In this document: positions 20,687 through 30,612 of the stretch, piece after piece | How positions within the stretch are numbered: position 1 is the first letter of the stretch | How the letters are laid out: each line of letters begins with the position of its first letter | Source of the DNA: Bacteroidota bacterium | GTDB lineage: Bacteria > Bacteroidota > Bacteroidia > Bacteroidales > GCA-2748055 | Length of the DNA stretch: 50,440 nucleotides | Direction: 5' to 3' | Assembly: GCA_002748055.1 (NCBI GenBank) | Contig: PDRI01000095.1 | Location: 69,081-119,520, forward strand | The notes under the pieces: model-generated | Told to the model about the DNA's origin: nothing | Seen by the model: the letters and a program-made list of their open reading frames with translations, nothing else | The model's database searches: none | Position numbers and translations under genes: made by a program

Positions 20687-22432
20687 TTATTCTTTGTCGG
20701 GCCAGCCCGGATTTTGCTTCAGGTTCGGATTCAGTTCCAGCTGATTCAGAGGAATGGGGAGCAGATAGTCCTGGCCGGGCCTGAAGCCATAACCCGAAGG
20801 AAGGGAATGCTGCATGGGATCCAACAGCCCATCTTCATCTACAAACAGGTCGGTTCCCGGGACCAGATCCGGATAGTCTTCCTGTACAAAGCGCATCCCT
20901 TTTGGTCGCTTGCCTGCGAACAGGTGATGGGCCCGCCACCTCAGGATATCGTATTTCCGAAAGCCTTCGAAGGAGAGTTCAATATGCCTCTCCCTTCTGA
21001 CCTCATTGATCAGGGCACTCACTTCCGGATAGAGCCAGTTTGGGTCGTGATCGATGGAACTGATGTCCATGGGGACCATTCCAACGCGATCCCTGAGGAG
21101 ATTGATGCTTTGGTCCACATCGCTCTGGGTCAGCGTGCCCAGTTCTGCTTTTGCCTCAGCAAAGTTCAGCAGAAGCTCTGCATACCTGAACAGGATCGAG
21201 GGGGAGTCATCTTCTCCGGCCACACGCAATTCCATATCCGGCAGGCCTCCCTTTTTCATCATATAGCCAGTTTTTGTGTGGTATTTCTTTTTCCTGCCCC
21301 TGGACTCCAGAATGGGAATGTCAAAGCTCTTAATTACCTCCCCATTCTTGCGTTCAAGAACGTCTCCCCGGGTATTCATTGTCTGTAAAAGCCTGGGATC
21401 GCGGTTGAGGACAAGGGAATCCAAATTGTCGTCGCCCCGGTAGAGGGGGCTGGTGGTGATGGGTTTCCCATCCGAACACAGGTAGTCATTCACAATGGAC
21501 CTGGTCATCCCGATACCGGCCGGTTGTGCAATTCTCGACTTGTGTTCGTGAACAAATTCAAAGGACTTGGCCCATTTTTTCTGTAGCAATACCTCCGTGT
21601 TTTCGGACAGATCAAGGCTGTTGAACATGCTATAGTAATCGGTTTCCGGGTTGTTATCCTTTTTGTAAATGCTGAACATCCCTGAGGCCATGGCTTCTTC
21701 TGCAGCTGATACGGCTTCTTCCAGGAAATGCTCATAGTCCGAGCCCGGTACCCCGAAGGCCGTGCCTTCATGGTACTTTTCCCAGGTGCCTTCAAATAAA
21801 CAGACTCTCGATTTATAAAGCAATGCTGTTTCCCTGTTCAGCCGTTCACGGTCCTGGTTGTTCCCGGATATCATATATGCTGCAGCCCGATCCAGATCGG
21901 CAATTATACTGTCGACCACTACATTACGTGAGGTCCTTGGGGTATAGAGCTCCGGCGAATCTTCGTCCAGGACCTCATCCACCCAGGGAACATCCCCGTA
22001 AGACCTGACCAGCTCGAAATAGAGCAGAGCCCTGAAGAAATAAGCCTCCCCCAGGTATTGCTTGTATTCATCGAAGGGGGCTTTGCATTTGCTGTAGTTT
22101 TCGAAAAAGTAATTGATCTTGCGTATCCATTTATAGTTCCATCCAGCTCCGCTGACCTGGGCCACCTTCTCGCCATTCCAGAAACTGCTGGGAACGGATT
22201 CCACCAGGTCGTCGGTTCCCAGATCGAAGCCCTGGATGCCCATAGACCATTGGCCTCCGTCCCGGAATCGAAGGTAAAACTGGTTCACGTAGTACATGAG
22301 TTCGCTGGGGGTCGACCAATAGTCCTCAGCGATAGGTGTATCCAGCGGTCGTCTGTCCAGAAAATCATCCTCACAGGCTGTAATTAAGATCATTAAAACT
22401 AAAGCGATCCGTATGGCATATCTTGTTTTCAT
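20687..22432 (-). CDS. susD: SusD/RagB-family lipoprotein
   Basis: Lipobox ITAC; GEAYFFRA, YGDVPW, RDPRL, RYAELLLNFAEA, ERHIELSFEGFR, QNPGW. Confidence 0.95.
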   Translation of the reverse strand: MKTRYAIRIALVLMILITACEDDFLDRRPLDTPIAEDYWSTPSELMYYVNQFYLRFRDGGQWSMGIQGFDLGTDDLVESVPSSFWNGEKVAQVSGAGWNYKWIRKINYFFENYSKCKAPFDEYKQYLGEAYFFRALLYFELVRSYGDVPWVDEVLDEDSPELYTPRTSRNVVVDSIIADLDRAAAYMISGNNQDRERLNRETALLYKSRVCLFEGTWEKYHEGTAFGVPGSDYEHFLEEAVSAAEEAMASGMFSIYKKDNNPETDYYSMFNSLDLSENTEVLLQKKWAKSFEFVHEHKSRIAQPAGIGMTRSIVNDYLCSDGKPITTSPLYRGDDNLDSLVLNRDPRLLQTMNTRGDVLERKNGEVIKSFDIPILESRGRKKKYHTKTGYMMKKGGLPDMELRVAGEDDSPSILFRYAELLLNFAEAKAELGTLTQSDVDQSINLLRDRVGMVPMDISSIDHDPNWLYPEVSALINEVRRERHIELSFEGFRKYDILRWRAHHLFAGKRPKGMRFVQEDYPDLVPGTDLFVDEDGLLDPMQHSLPSGYGFRPGQDYLLPIPLNQLELNPNLKQNPGWPDKE

Positions 22433-22449
22433 AGCTGTAATCCGATAAT

Positions 22450-25400
22450 CTACAATGTAATACTTAAGCCCAGGGAGATATTCTTTCTTAGCGGGTACAG
22501 CTTCCCTGTTCCCAGATAGGCCCGGCCCAGGAGTTCGGGATCAAACTGGCTGGGAATCTTTGTCAGGGTGAACAGGTTTTCGCCGGAGAGATAGATTCGT
22601 AAGCGCTCGATCCGCATTTTTCTGGAAAGCGATAAGGGAAGCGTATAGCCGATTTGCACGTTCTTGAGTCTGAGGTAGGCCCCACTTATGATGTACTTGG
22701 ATTGTACCTGTTCGTTCTTCCAGTTGTGGTCGGGATTGGAATAGGGCTTAGGCAGATAGGCATCCGTGTTCTCGGGGGTCCAGTAATCCAGATGGTTCAC
22801 GAAGTAATTGTCCTGTCCCACTCCCCTTGCGTAGCCAAAAAACTTCGTCTTTCCGTGTCTCCGGTTCAGGTAGGTCCAGTCCCTTTTGGCAATCCCCTGA
22901 AGGAAGAAGGAAAGATCGAATCCCCTGTAATCGGCACTGAATGTGATCCCAAAATTGAACCGGGGTGTTCGGTTACCCAGAATCACCAGATCTCCGTGGT
23001 CTTCAAGGGTGCCTGCACCAATGGATATAACGCCATTTGTATCCAGGTCGGCATAGCGGACATCTCCCGCACTCCAGCGACCGTTGTACAGGTAGGTGGT
23101 CTGGTTGGCATGGGCGTCCACTTCACTGTCATCCTGAAAGAATCCCTCGGTCTTAAACCCCCAGATCGCACCTTCTTCGGCACCGGTATAGACAGGACTG
23201 ACATGTTCATCAAGTTCGTAAACGGTTTTGATTTCTTTGGGATAGTAAGTCCACTTCCGCCTGCTGTCGCCAACCACAGCCCTGATCCCATAGCCAAACT
23301 CACCCTCCCTGTCCTTCCAGCCCAGCGTGAGCTCCATACCGCGGTTCTCCTCCTTCCCGGCATTGACATACTCCGACGGGGCACCCAGTACACTGGGCAC
23401 CTCCGTGGTCGCGGGAATAATAATGTCAGCGCGCTCGGTTATGAAGTAATCGAAACTCGCCTGGAGCCGGTTATCCAAAAAACGCAGATCCAGTCCCCCG
23501 TTCAGCGTTGTGACCGTTTCCCAGGTGATGGTCGGGCTGGGGATGGAGGGCATGTCCGCGTAACGCATGGGTTCACCGCTCATCATGTAAAAGTTGGAAG
23601 GCCAGGATGCATTCGGGTCCACCGCGGTGATGGACGGCATGAAGGCCGTATAGCTGTATTCGGTGTAGTCGTTGCCCACCGATCCGTAAGATGCGCGGAT
23701 CTTCATCAGGTTGATCACATTGGCCAGGGGCTCCCAGAAGGCTTCCCTGGAGAGCACATAGGCGGCGGAGGCTGAAGGGAAGAATCCCCATTGGGTATTG
23801 GCATTCTTGAAATTGGACGACCCATTGTAACGGGCATTAAACTCGACCAGGTATTTCTCCAGATAATTGTAGGTCAGTCTGCCAAAAAATCCCCTGGTAG
23901 CCCAGTGACTCCAGGAATCCCCTGCGTCACGTGCCTGGTACCCCGGAAAGGCCGGATCGCCCAGGCTGCTGTCGATATTTGGGGAATCCTGGGACAACTG
24001 CCCCCTTCCCAGTCCCCACAATCCGGACAACTCCTTTTGCTCTTGCTCAAAGCCCAGAAGCAGATAGAGGTTGTGGTTCCCGAAACTCCTGAGATAACTG
24101 GTTCGGACATTGATCTGGTCATAGTCGTTCACCCCATAGTAGCGACTAAAATTACTGGTGGAATTATAGGAAGACATGTATTCGGTCCCATCGGGATAAT
24201 GGGAGTAGTACACCTTTTGCAGGTCCCTGTAGTTCCTGTTGAAATGGTTCCGGGAATACCTGAAAAAGCTTTTCCATCCCTTCAGAGGCTCAAGCTCCAT
24301 TTCGCATGTCAACCAGATATCCTGATCTTCCGTATTTCTATATCCGCCTTTTTCCAGGACCAGAACCCGGCTGTAGTAATTGATTTCGCCATTGGGCAGG
24401 TAGAGTGGCTCTGTTGGAGTCAGGCGCAGCATATTGTGCCAGTGCACGCGGTAGTCAAATCCCTCCTCACCAAAAGGGGTAAGGGTTGTCTGTTTCATGT
24501 ACTTGGCATTGAAGCTTAGTTTCAACCACTCGGTTATCCCCGCTTCGAGACTCGAATTGAAGTTCTGTCTGCCATAGGAGATGTCTCCGTAATTGAGTTC
24601 TCCCTCCTGGTCAAAGAAACCGGCCGATGCATAGTAGCTGAGCCTCTCGCCTCCGCCCCGGATACTCAAATCGTGCTTTTGGCGTAAGGTATTCTTCCTG
24701 AAGAACAAATCTCCCCAATCGTTGTTTGCATTCCCATTCATACCGCGATCCCAGACATTTCCATTGGCTTTGGTTTCATAATCGATCTTGCCATCGATGT
24801 AGTCCTGCATTTCCTGTATGTCTTCGTCCGTATAGTAGGCAGGCTGTCCGCTGTTCAGACAGGCATAGTTGAATTTCCTGGCATGGTCCACCGAACTCAT
24901 CCATTCCGGAACCCGGATGGGGTTAGACCAGGACATGTTGCTAGAGTAAGTAAGCCTGGCCTTCTCCCTTTTCTTTCCTTTCTTTGTGGTAATCAGAACC
25001 ACCCCGAACGGAGCCCTGGATCCATAAATCGCCGAAGCCGCAGCATCTTTCAAAACCGAAACCGACGCGATGTCTTCCGGATTGATCAGGTGGGCATCGG
25101 TGGGAACACCGTCCACCAGGACGTAGGGCTGTCCCAGTCCACGGATGCTCCAGTTCATCCGGGCACCCGGTTCGCCACCGGAGAACCTGTTTGTCGAGAT
25201 GACCAGTCCGGGTGCAGTACCCTGTAATGCCTGTGATACATTCGCAATCGGGCGGTCTTCAATGGCATCTGCCTTCACCACATCTACCCCACCGGTCAGA
25301 TTTACCTTTTTCTGAGTTCCGTAGCCAACCACAACGAGTTCATCTATGCTCTGGGTATCCGTTTGCATGTTCAGGTTGATCACAACCCTTCCGTCAATCT

Positions 25401-25758
25401 CGATCATTTCAGTCTTCATTCCCACGAAGGAGAACTGCAACCGGGTGGTTTGGGGGGGTAAGCTGATGCTGTAATTTCCGTCTGCATCAGTGACGGTGCC
25501 CAATGAACTTCCAGGAACAGAAACAGTAACTCCGGGAAGCGGCTGCCCGTGTTGGTCCACCACCCTTCCGGTGATCCGGATCTCATCCTGTTTAGTGATC
25601 TGGTCTTTAGCCTTTGCCGGCAGACTGGTCCCCGGGGCCTCCAGGCCGCAGAGCAGCAGGAGGATTGCAGCCAGAGAAATACGGCAAACGGGTCCGACTA
25701 TCCGGATGAGGCACGGGAAGCCCGAAGGGAATCGTTTGTCAAATCGTTTTTCTTTCAT
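22450..25758 (-). CDS. susC: SusC/RagA-family TonB-dependent transporter
   Basis: Carboxypeptidase-regulatory-like N-domain (GRVVDQHGQPLPGVTV), VVVGYGTQKKVNLTG, VLKDAAASAIYGSRAPFGVVLITTKKG; 17 bp from susD. Confidence 0.96.
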   Translation of the reverse strand: MKEKRFDKRFPSGFPCLIRIVGPVCRISLAAILLLLCGLEAPGTSLPAKAKDQITKQDEIRITGRVVDQHGQPLPGVTVSVPGSSLGTVTDADGNYSISLPPQTTRLQFSFVGMKTEMIEIDGRVVINLNMQTDTQSIDELVVVGYGTQKKVNLTGGVDVVKADAIEDRPIANVSQALQGTAPGLVISTNRFSGGEPGARMNWSIRGLGQPYVLVDGVPTDAHLINPEDIASVSVLKDAAASAIYGSRAPFGVVLITTKKGKKREKARLTYSSNMSWSNPIRVPEWMSSVDHARKFNYACLNSGQPAYYTDEDIQEMQDYIDGKIDYETKANGNVWDRGMNGNANNDWGDLFFRKNTLRQKHDLSIRGGGERLSYYASAGFFDQEGELNYGDISYGRQNFNSSLEAGITEWLKLSFNAKYMKQTTLTPFGEEGFDYRVHWHNMLRLTPTEPLYLPNGEINYYSRVLVLEKGGYRNTEDQDIWLTCEMELEPLKGWKSFFRYSRNHFNRNYRDLQKVYYSHYPDGTEYMSSYNSTSNFSRYYGVNDYDQINVRTSYLRSFGNHNLYLLLGFEQEQKELSGLWGLGRGQLSQDSPNIDSSLGDPAFPGYQARDAGDSWSHWATRGFFGRLTYNYLEKYLVEFNARYNGSSNFKNANTQWGFFPSASAAYVLSREAFWEPLANVINLMKIRASYGSVGNDYTEYSYTAFMPSITAVDPNASWPSNFYMMSGEPMRYADMPSIPSPTITWETVTTLNGGLDLRFLDNRLQASFDYFITERADIIIPATTEVPSVLGAPSEYVNAGKEENRGMELTLGWKDREGEFGYGIRAVVGDSRRKWTYYPKEIKTVYELDEHVSPVYTGAEEGAIWGFKTEGFFQDDSEVDAHANQTTYLYNGRWSAGDVRYADLDTNGVISIGAGTLEDHGDLVILGNRTPRFNFGITFSADYRGFDLSFFLQGIAKRDWTYLNRRHGKTKFFGYARGVGQDNYFVNHLDYWTPENTDAYLPKPYSNPDHNWKNEQVQSKYIISGAYLRLKNVQIGYTLPLSLSRKMRIERLRIYLSGENLFTLTKIPSQFDPELLGRAYLGTGKLYPLRKNISLGLSITL

Positions 25759-25975
25759 CAATCAGATAGTTTAGTTCGGTTTTTAGCTCCTGATGTCCGG
25801 GCACTTTTGTTCCTCCCCAGTTTTCGGGCACAGGCATTGCCTCATGCTGAGAGCTCTGGCTCTGTCAGGATTCTGCTCAACTTAGGTGGCACGAGCACAG
25901 CCATGATGGCTTCAGTCCTAAATCTTTCGCAGGCCACAGTATGCCATCGGATATGGAAGCAGACCGTTTAAGGGC

Positions 25976-28495
25976 TCAACGTTTTATAAACTTCAGGAAA
26001 TGGTCCTGGCTGCCCGATTCGATCCGGATAAAGTAAAGGCCTTCCCCCAGGTCCGACAGGTCGATGGCTGCCCGCTCCGAATACAAACCGCTGAAAAGGC
26101 AACGTCCGGAAATATCGTAGAGGCTGAGACCCGAATTCAGGGGCAGAGGTTCAACATACAGGACCTCCCCGGCCGGATTCGGGAAAACCCGGAAAGATCT
26201 TGCATCCTCCGCTTTCTCCGGCCCGGCTGACACAATCCCCAGGCTTTCTCCCAGGCTGATCCCGGCTTCTCCCCGTGTATGGATTGTGTCGATCTCTCCG
26301 GCACTGAGCAGCCGGTCCCAGATCGCAAAATCATCGATGCTGCCCAGGGCTTCCCCGCGTTCGGTTTCGCCCATCTGGTCCATGCCCAGTTCAAACGATC
26401 CCGTGATACTCGCCTGTTCCTCCCCGTTCACATAAAGGGTAAGTTGCTCGTCGTCGGAGGTGATCACCAGATGGGTCCAGGTATTCAGGGGAACCACATA
26501 GCCGAAAGAATGGTCTTTCACCTTGTACTTGGTATATCCCACTTCTGAGTCGGTGTCCCATTGTTCGATCCTGAGGGACACCCTGCTGTTGCCAATCAGA
26601 TGGGTGGCCAAATGGTTTTTGCTGCGCAAAACCCAGACCGATACAGTCCACGGCGGAGGAATGCTGTCACTGAAGATGTCTATCGTCTGACGGTTTTTTG
26701 TAAACGAAATTCCCCGCCCGATTTTTCCATCCACGTAAGTCATTTCAGAGGATGGCTGGCCGTGAAGAGCATTTCCGGACAGATCCCGGGTGTGGCCTTC
26801 AAAAGGCCAGTAAGCCACCAGGGTCCCGGAACTAAAGTCCCTGATATACAGAATAACCCAGGTGGTATCTCCGCAATATAAAGCATCACAGGCAAGATAG
26901 CTGAATGAATCCACTCCACTGAAACCTTCCTCGGGGCTATAGCTAAAAGAACCGTCGGAACTCAAATCCAGGCTACCGCGGAATGTGCTGTCGGCCAGGG
27001 TGGCATGCAGGGTGTCCATGTTGAGATCACTGTCGTTCGACAGCACTCCTTCCAGGGCTGTCACGTGAAGGACCTCACCACTCTTCACCCGAAAGACATC
27101 GGGTTCCGATACCGGGGGGGCTTCCTCGATAACATCTATTTTCACGATGGCCACGTTGCTCTGGGCAGAGTCATCTAAGGCCACGTAGCGGAAACTGTCC
27201 AGGCCAACGAAACCCGCATCGGGCTGATAGCTAAAGCTGCCTTCCGGAGAAAGATCAAGCCTGCCATGAGCTGTACTGTCGACAAGTTGCGCACGAAGGG
27301 TGTCCTCGTTGTAATCGTAATCGTTGCTCAGAATACCATTTGCAGCACTCAGCCGGAACAGCCTTCCGGAGGTTGTTACAAAGGAATCGTTTTCTGCCAC
27401 CGGAGGGTATTCAATTCCTGCAACGGCCTCGGCCCATGGCGACTGGTCCAGGTTCAGATCGACAAATGCGGTGCCAGGGGGTGCTTCGCCCACTTCAGCC
27501 CAGGACCTGCCCTGGAACCAGTGATCGAAGTACCCTCCAATAGAATGGATCGCGATCCTTTCATAAGAAAGGTAGTTCAGGAAGGAAAGCTCGACCGTAT
27601 CCATATCGCCTTCCAGTTGATTGAAACGGGTAAGATCGTCTTCCGCCTGGATTTCATCGGCATAGGTTTCCAAAATCGCGCTGGGCCACTGACCGACGAT
27701 GTCGTTGGTTTCCACACCCAGAACCACCCGCTGGTCGCCCTCAATCTCATCGGCCCACTGAAGAATTCGTTCACCCCACAACTTGAAACTGTTCCTGTTG
27801 CTGGTATAGTTCATTACCGTGGCGTGCTTGCACTGCGTGAGGTAGTGGTAGGCCACAAAGTTGTTCGTTCCGTTGTAATCAACCTTTGTAGTATGAATCC
27901 AGCCGGGTCTGAGTGCAGCCGAATGCAGGAGAGGCCTTGCTCCTTCGGCGATCAGGGTGTCGTTCCAGTCTTCGGCCCGGTCGTTTGCGGCCTTGCAGTA
28001 TTCCAGGTAGGGGACCAACAACTCGTTCAGTTTCGGTTCATTGTCGTTTTGCATACCATGCAGACCGGCATGGGGATACTTCCTGTTGAAGGCCGCTGCG
28101 GCATCCATGACCTTTCGTGCATGTTCGATGTGTTCATCGCTATCCGGATCGCCCAGGTAATTCAGGCCGTTTACGTCATCCCAGAAATAGTAACAGCCCC
28201 AGACCTTAATGCCCGCTGCATTGGCCTTTTCAATAAAGGCTGCCAGTCCCGCCTCATCATTGATTCGGATATCCCCGCCCCAGTAGTACTCTGCGATCCA
28301 CATATAAATCTCGTTGATGGATTTATTCCTGCAGAAATCAATGATCAGATCCTGGTTCTGTTGGTATCCTTTCCAGCTCCAGATGGCTCTCCGGACCGGT
28401 TTATCGAGTAAATCCCATTCCTTGTGGGCTGTATTCTGCGCCTGCAAAGCAATGCTGGCAAAAAGGACCAGGCAACTGAGCAATTTCATTTTCAT
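25976..28495 (-). CDS. T9SS-secreted protein: uncharacterised TIM-barrel GH-like domain + 2x Big_9/tandem-95 Ig + LamG + T9SS CTD
   Basis: Signal peptide; RAIWSW...AFIEKANAAGIKVW...HGMQNDNEP; two 'GILSND...GSFSY.P..GF.G.DSF.Y' repeats; LamG (WTHLVIT, LYVNG, IDDFAIWDRLLS); CTD VFPNPA...GLYFIRI. Confidence 0.8.
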   Translation of the reverse strand: MKMKLLSCLVLFASIALQAQNTAHKEWDLLDKPVRRAIWSWKGYQQNQDLIIDFCRNKSINEIYMWIAEYYWGGDIRINDEAGLAAFIEKANAAGIKVWGCYYFWDDVNGLNYLGDPDSDEHIEHARKVMDAAAAFNRKYPHAGLHGMQNDNEPKLNELLVPYLEYCKAANDRAEDWNDTLIAEGARPLLHSAALRPGWIHTTKVDYNGTNNFVAYHYLTQCKHATVMNYTSNRNSFKLWGERILQWADEIEGDQRVVLGVETNDIVGQWPSAILETYADEIQAEDDLTRFNQLEGDMDTVELSFLNYLSYERIAIHSIGGYFDHWFQGRSWAEVGEAPPGTAFVDLNLDQSPWAEAVAGIEYPPVAENDSFVTTSGRLFRLSAANGILSNDYDYNEDTLRAQLVDSTAHGRLDLSPEGSFSYQPDAGFVGLDSFRYVALDDSAQSNVAIVKIDVIEEAPPVSEPDVFRVKSGEVLHVTALEGVLSNDSDLNMDTLHATLADSTFRGSLDLSSDGSFSYSPEEGFSGVDSFSYLACDALYCGDTTWVILYIRDFSSGTLVAYWPFEGHTRDLSGNALHGQPSSEMTYVDGKIGRGISFTKNRQTIDIFSDSIPPPWTVSVWVLRSKNHLATHLIGNSRVSLRIEQWDTDSEVGYTKYKVKDHSFGYVVPLNTWTHLVITSDDEQLTLYVNGEEQASITGSFELGMDQMGETERGEALGSIDDFAIWDRLLSAGEIDTIHTRGEAGISLGESLGIVSAGPEKAEDARSFRVFPNPAGEVLYVEPLPLNSGLSLYDISGRCLFSGLYSERAAIDLSDLGEGLYFIRIESGSQDHFLKFIKR
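26845..27408 (-). repeat. Two tandem ~93-aa Ig-like (Big_9) repeats within CDS
   Basis: PPVAENDSF...GILSNDYD...SFSYQPDAGFVGLDSFRY vs PPVSEPDVF...GVLSNDSD...SFSYSPEEGFSGVDSFSY; boundaries approximate. Confidence 0.8.
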
Positions 28496-28622
28496 TGTCG
28501 GTGTATTTAGAAACGATTTACAACTCTTTTTCTCTCCTCCAGGGGATGAATCGACAGGCTCAGATGCATTCCGGTTCGCTCTTCCAGTCCTTCCTGATTG
28601 CCTATCCTGGCCGATGGACTAT

Positions 28623-28653
28623 TCTCTGTCGTTTTGAAGAAATGCGACAGAGA
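28623..28653. other. Inverted repeat/hairpin in the probable leader of the 25976-28495 operon
   Basis: TCTCTGTCG-N13-CGACAGAGA, perfect 9-bp stem. Confidence 0.55.
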
Positions 28654-28840
28654 TTTGCCACTAATTTAAAAAATAGCAAATCCATTTCAAAAGAAAACCC
28701 TGATTGTGTTCGTGCACACATACAGTTCCAGGCACTTCTCATCGAATGCCCGAACCAGGGAGAAAACGCCCCCCCCCCGCCGGGCCTGAGCTAGTCATCA
28801 GCGGGGATAGCCCCTGCGAGCTGCAGGCAGGCAAGGCAGC

Positions 28841-28963
28841 GCAAAAGAACATGCCGACAGCCATCCCGATCAACCAAGGCTGATCACCATCAATGCATGG
28901 AAAGAATGGGGCGAGGGAAGCCAGCTCCTACCCGACTGTAAATCGATTTCACTACCTGGATGC
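28841..28963 (+). pseudogene. Degenerate copy of the 3' end of the GH99-like gene (33139-33263)
   Basis: Hand alignment: 9 mismatches in the first 96 nt, then two 1-nt gaps; encodes AKEHADSHPDQPRLITINAWKEWGEGSQLLPD vs AKEYADCHPDQPKLITINAWNEWVEGSYLLPD. Confidence 0.9.
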
Positions 28964-29027
28964 GCCCATAGAGGCGGTGATGGGTTCGAAGCAGTGTTGA
29001 ACCGTAATTGCATCAGACCGAAAAGGC

Positions 29028-29837
29028 TTACCCGGTCTGTTTATAGTCTTTTACGATTTCGTTGACGCCATGCAAGACATAATGCGGATGATAAGCAAAT
29101 TCACTGATGGTTTGCTTGTTCGAAATACCAGATAATACAAGACATGTGTCTATTTCAGCTTCAATGCCTGCAACAATATCGGTATCCATCCGGTCACCGA
29201 TGATTATGGTTTCCTCGCGCCGAACACCAAGCTTTTTCAAAGCAATTCGCATCATTAATGGATTTGGCTTACCTACAAAGTAGGCCTGTTTCCCTGTGGC
29301 CAGTTCAATGGGGGAAATAAGCGCTTTGGTAGCCGGAGCGATCCCGTTCTCTATCGGGCCGTTCAAATCGGGGTTTGTACCTACCAGCTTGGCACCCTGG
29401 TTCACCAGGTTTACAGCCTTTTCAATCATTTCGTAACTGTATGAACGGGTTTCCCCCATCACCACGTAATCCGGATCGATGTTGTTACTTGAATAGCCGA
29501 CATTGTAGAGCGCATTAATCAGTCCGGCCTCCCCGATGATATAGGCGCTGCCATTGGGTTTTTGATTTTGAAGAAAAGAAGCGGTTGCCAGGGCACTGGT
29601 GTAAAAGTGCTCCGCGCTAACATCAAGCCCCATGCGGGATAGCTTTCCCTGAAGCTCCCGAATGGTTCTTTCACTGGAGTTGGTCAGAAAAACAAACTTT
29701 TTATGTTCATTTTTTAACCACGATACAAATTCTACTACACCTTCAAGAATCTTATTCCCGTGATAAATCACACCGTCCATATCACAAATGAATCCGGACT
29801 TGTTTCGTATTTTTTCTATGACTGACTTTCTGACCAT
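29028..29837 (-). CDS. nagD: HAD-IIA family phosphatase, NagD-like
   Basis: Motif I DMDGV, LTNSS, GKPNPLMMR, IGDRMDTDI; start taken as ATG 29837. Confidence 0.88.
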   Translation of the reverse strand: MVRKSVIEKIRNKSGFICDMDGVIYHGNKILEGVVEFVSWLKNEHKKFVFLTNSSERTIRELQGKLSRMGLDVSAEHFYTSALATASFLQNQKPNGSAYIIGEAGLINALYNVGYSSNNIDPDYVVMGETRSYSYEMIEKAVNLVNQGAKLVGTNPDLNGPIENGIAPATKALISPIELATGKQAYFVGKPNPLMMRIALKKLGVRREETIIIGDRMDTDIVAGIEAEIDTCLVLSGISNKQTISEFAYHPHYVLHGVNEIVKDYKQTG

Positions 29838-29969
29838 CTGAATCAATTAATTGCGTTTTACGTATGAAATTAGTCCTGCCCGATTGGGTGCAAAAGTGAA
29901 GGGCGCTCTCCGGAGCTTTTCCCTGCATGTTTCCGTTTGATTCTTACAACAGCGCCAAAACGACATACG

Positions 29970-29977
29970 CAAAAATA
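29970..29977 (-). promoter_or_regulatory. Bacteroidota -7 element (TATTTTTG) upstream of nagD-like gene
   Basis: TAnnTTTG match on minus strand; no clear -33 element. Confidence 0.4.
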
Positions 29978-30106
29978 AGGAATTAGAATTTTATTGGACT
30001 GCCGGGCTATCAGATCGGGCTTCAAACGAGGCGACAATAGTCCGGGAAAAAGCTGTTATGGAAATAAACAGGGCAAACATACAAAGCATTCATGCATACG
30101 GGAATT

Positions 30107-30325
30107 TCATGTGGAAGGTGCTGAATAGTAGGGGCGCATGAACAGTTGATCGAGCGGCAAGTTAAAGCCACTTGCCGGCGATGCCCGGTTGAACTCCACT
30201 CCCGACTGCGCTTCAATATACTGTCCGCCAGTGTGGGTCAGCAGGCCTTCCCGGATAACCCCCGATCTTAGCGGTGACCAGAACCATGTCCTTTTTCCCG
30301 GGGCATCACTTTCACTCAATCGCAC
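30107..30325 (-). pseudogene. Internal fragment of a DUF5107-like gene
   Basis: DAPGKRTWFWS..SGVIREGLLTHTGGQYIEAQSGVEFN resembles the PGKK.W.W...G..WE.LLTD.DGQY.E.QSG motif of Bacteroidota DUF5107 proteins as I recall it; bounded by stops, no full-length frame. Confidence 0.6.
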
Positions 30326-30612
30326 TGAAAGGCTGTAACTTTAAGCAGATAAAGGGCTTACCTTGGAGGCGATCAAAAGCTTTAGCTTAATCCGCATAGA
30401 ACCATGATTCCGGTATTCCCAAGCCCCCAAAAAATTATAAATTACTATCTTTGAAGGAGGTAGCAGGGATGGTGCAGTCCGGACAAGGGGGGGCACACAT
30501 CCCTGAAAGCGCAGACAGCCTGCGGGCATCCGCCCCCATAATGTAAAGCAAAATTGTCTGATGCGGTAAACTTAATCAGCGTGATTCTGATCTGTCATCA
30601 AATCGAAAAAGA

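Noticed and set aside
28769-28778. C10 homopolymer as phase-variation switch
   Set aside because: Intergenic, far from any supported promoter element or CDS; no evidence of function
28495-28794. 99-aa ORF and other short intergenic ORFs (25549-25971, 30341-30529)
   Set aside because: No motifs, no credible starts; they occupy promoter/leader regions
28841-28963. Diversity-generating retroelement template repeat (pairs with a gene 3' end)
   Set aside because: Mismatches are not adenine-specific (C/T, G/T, G/C, G/A), there are indels, and no reverse transcriptase is present
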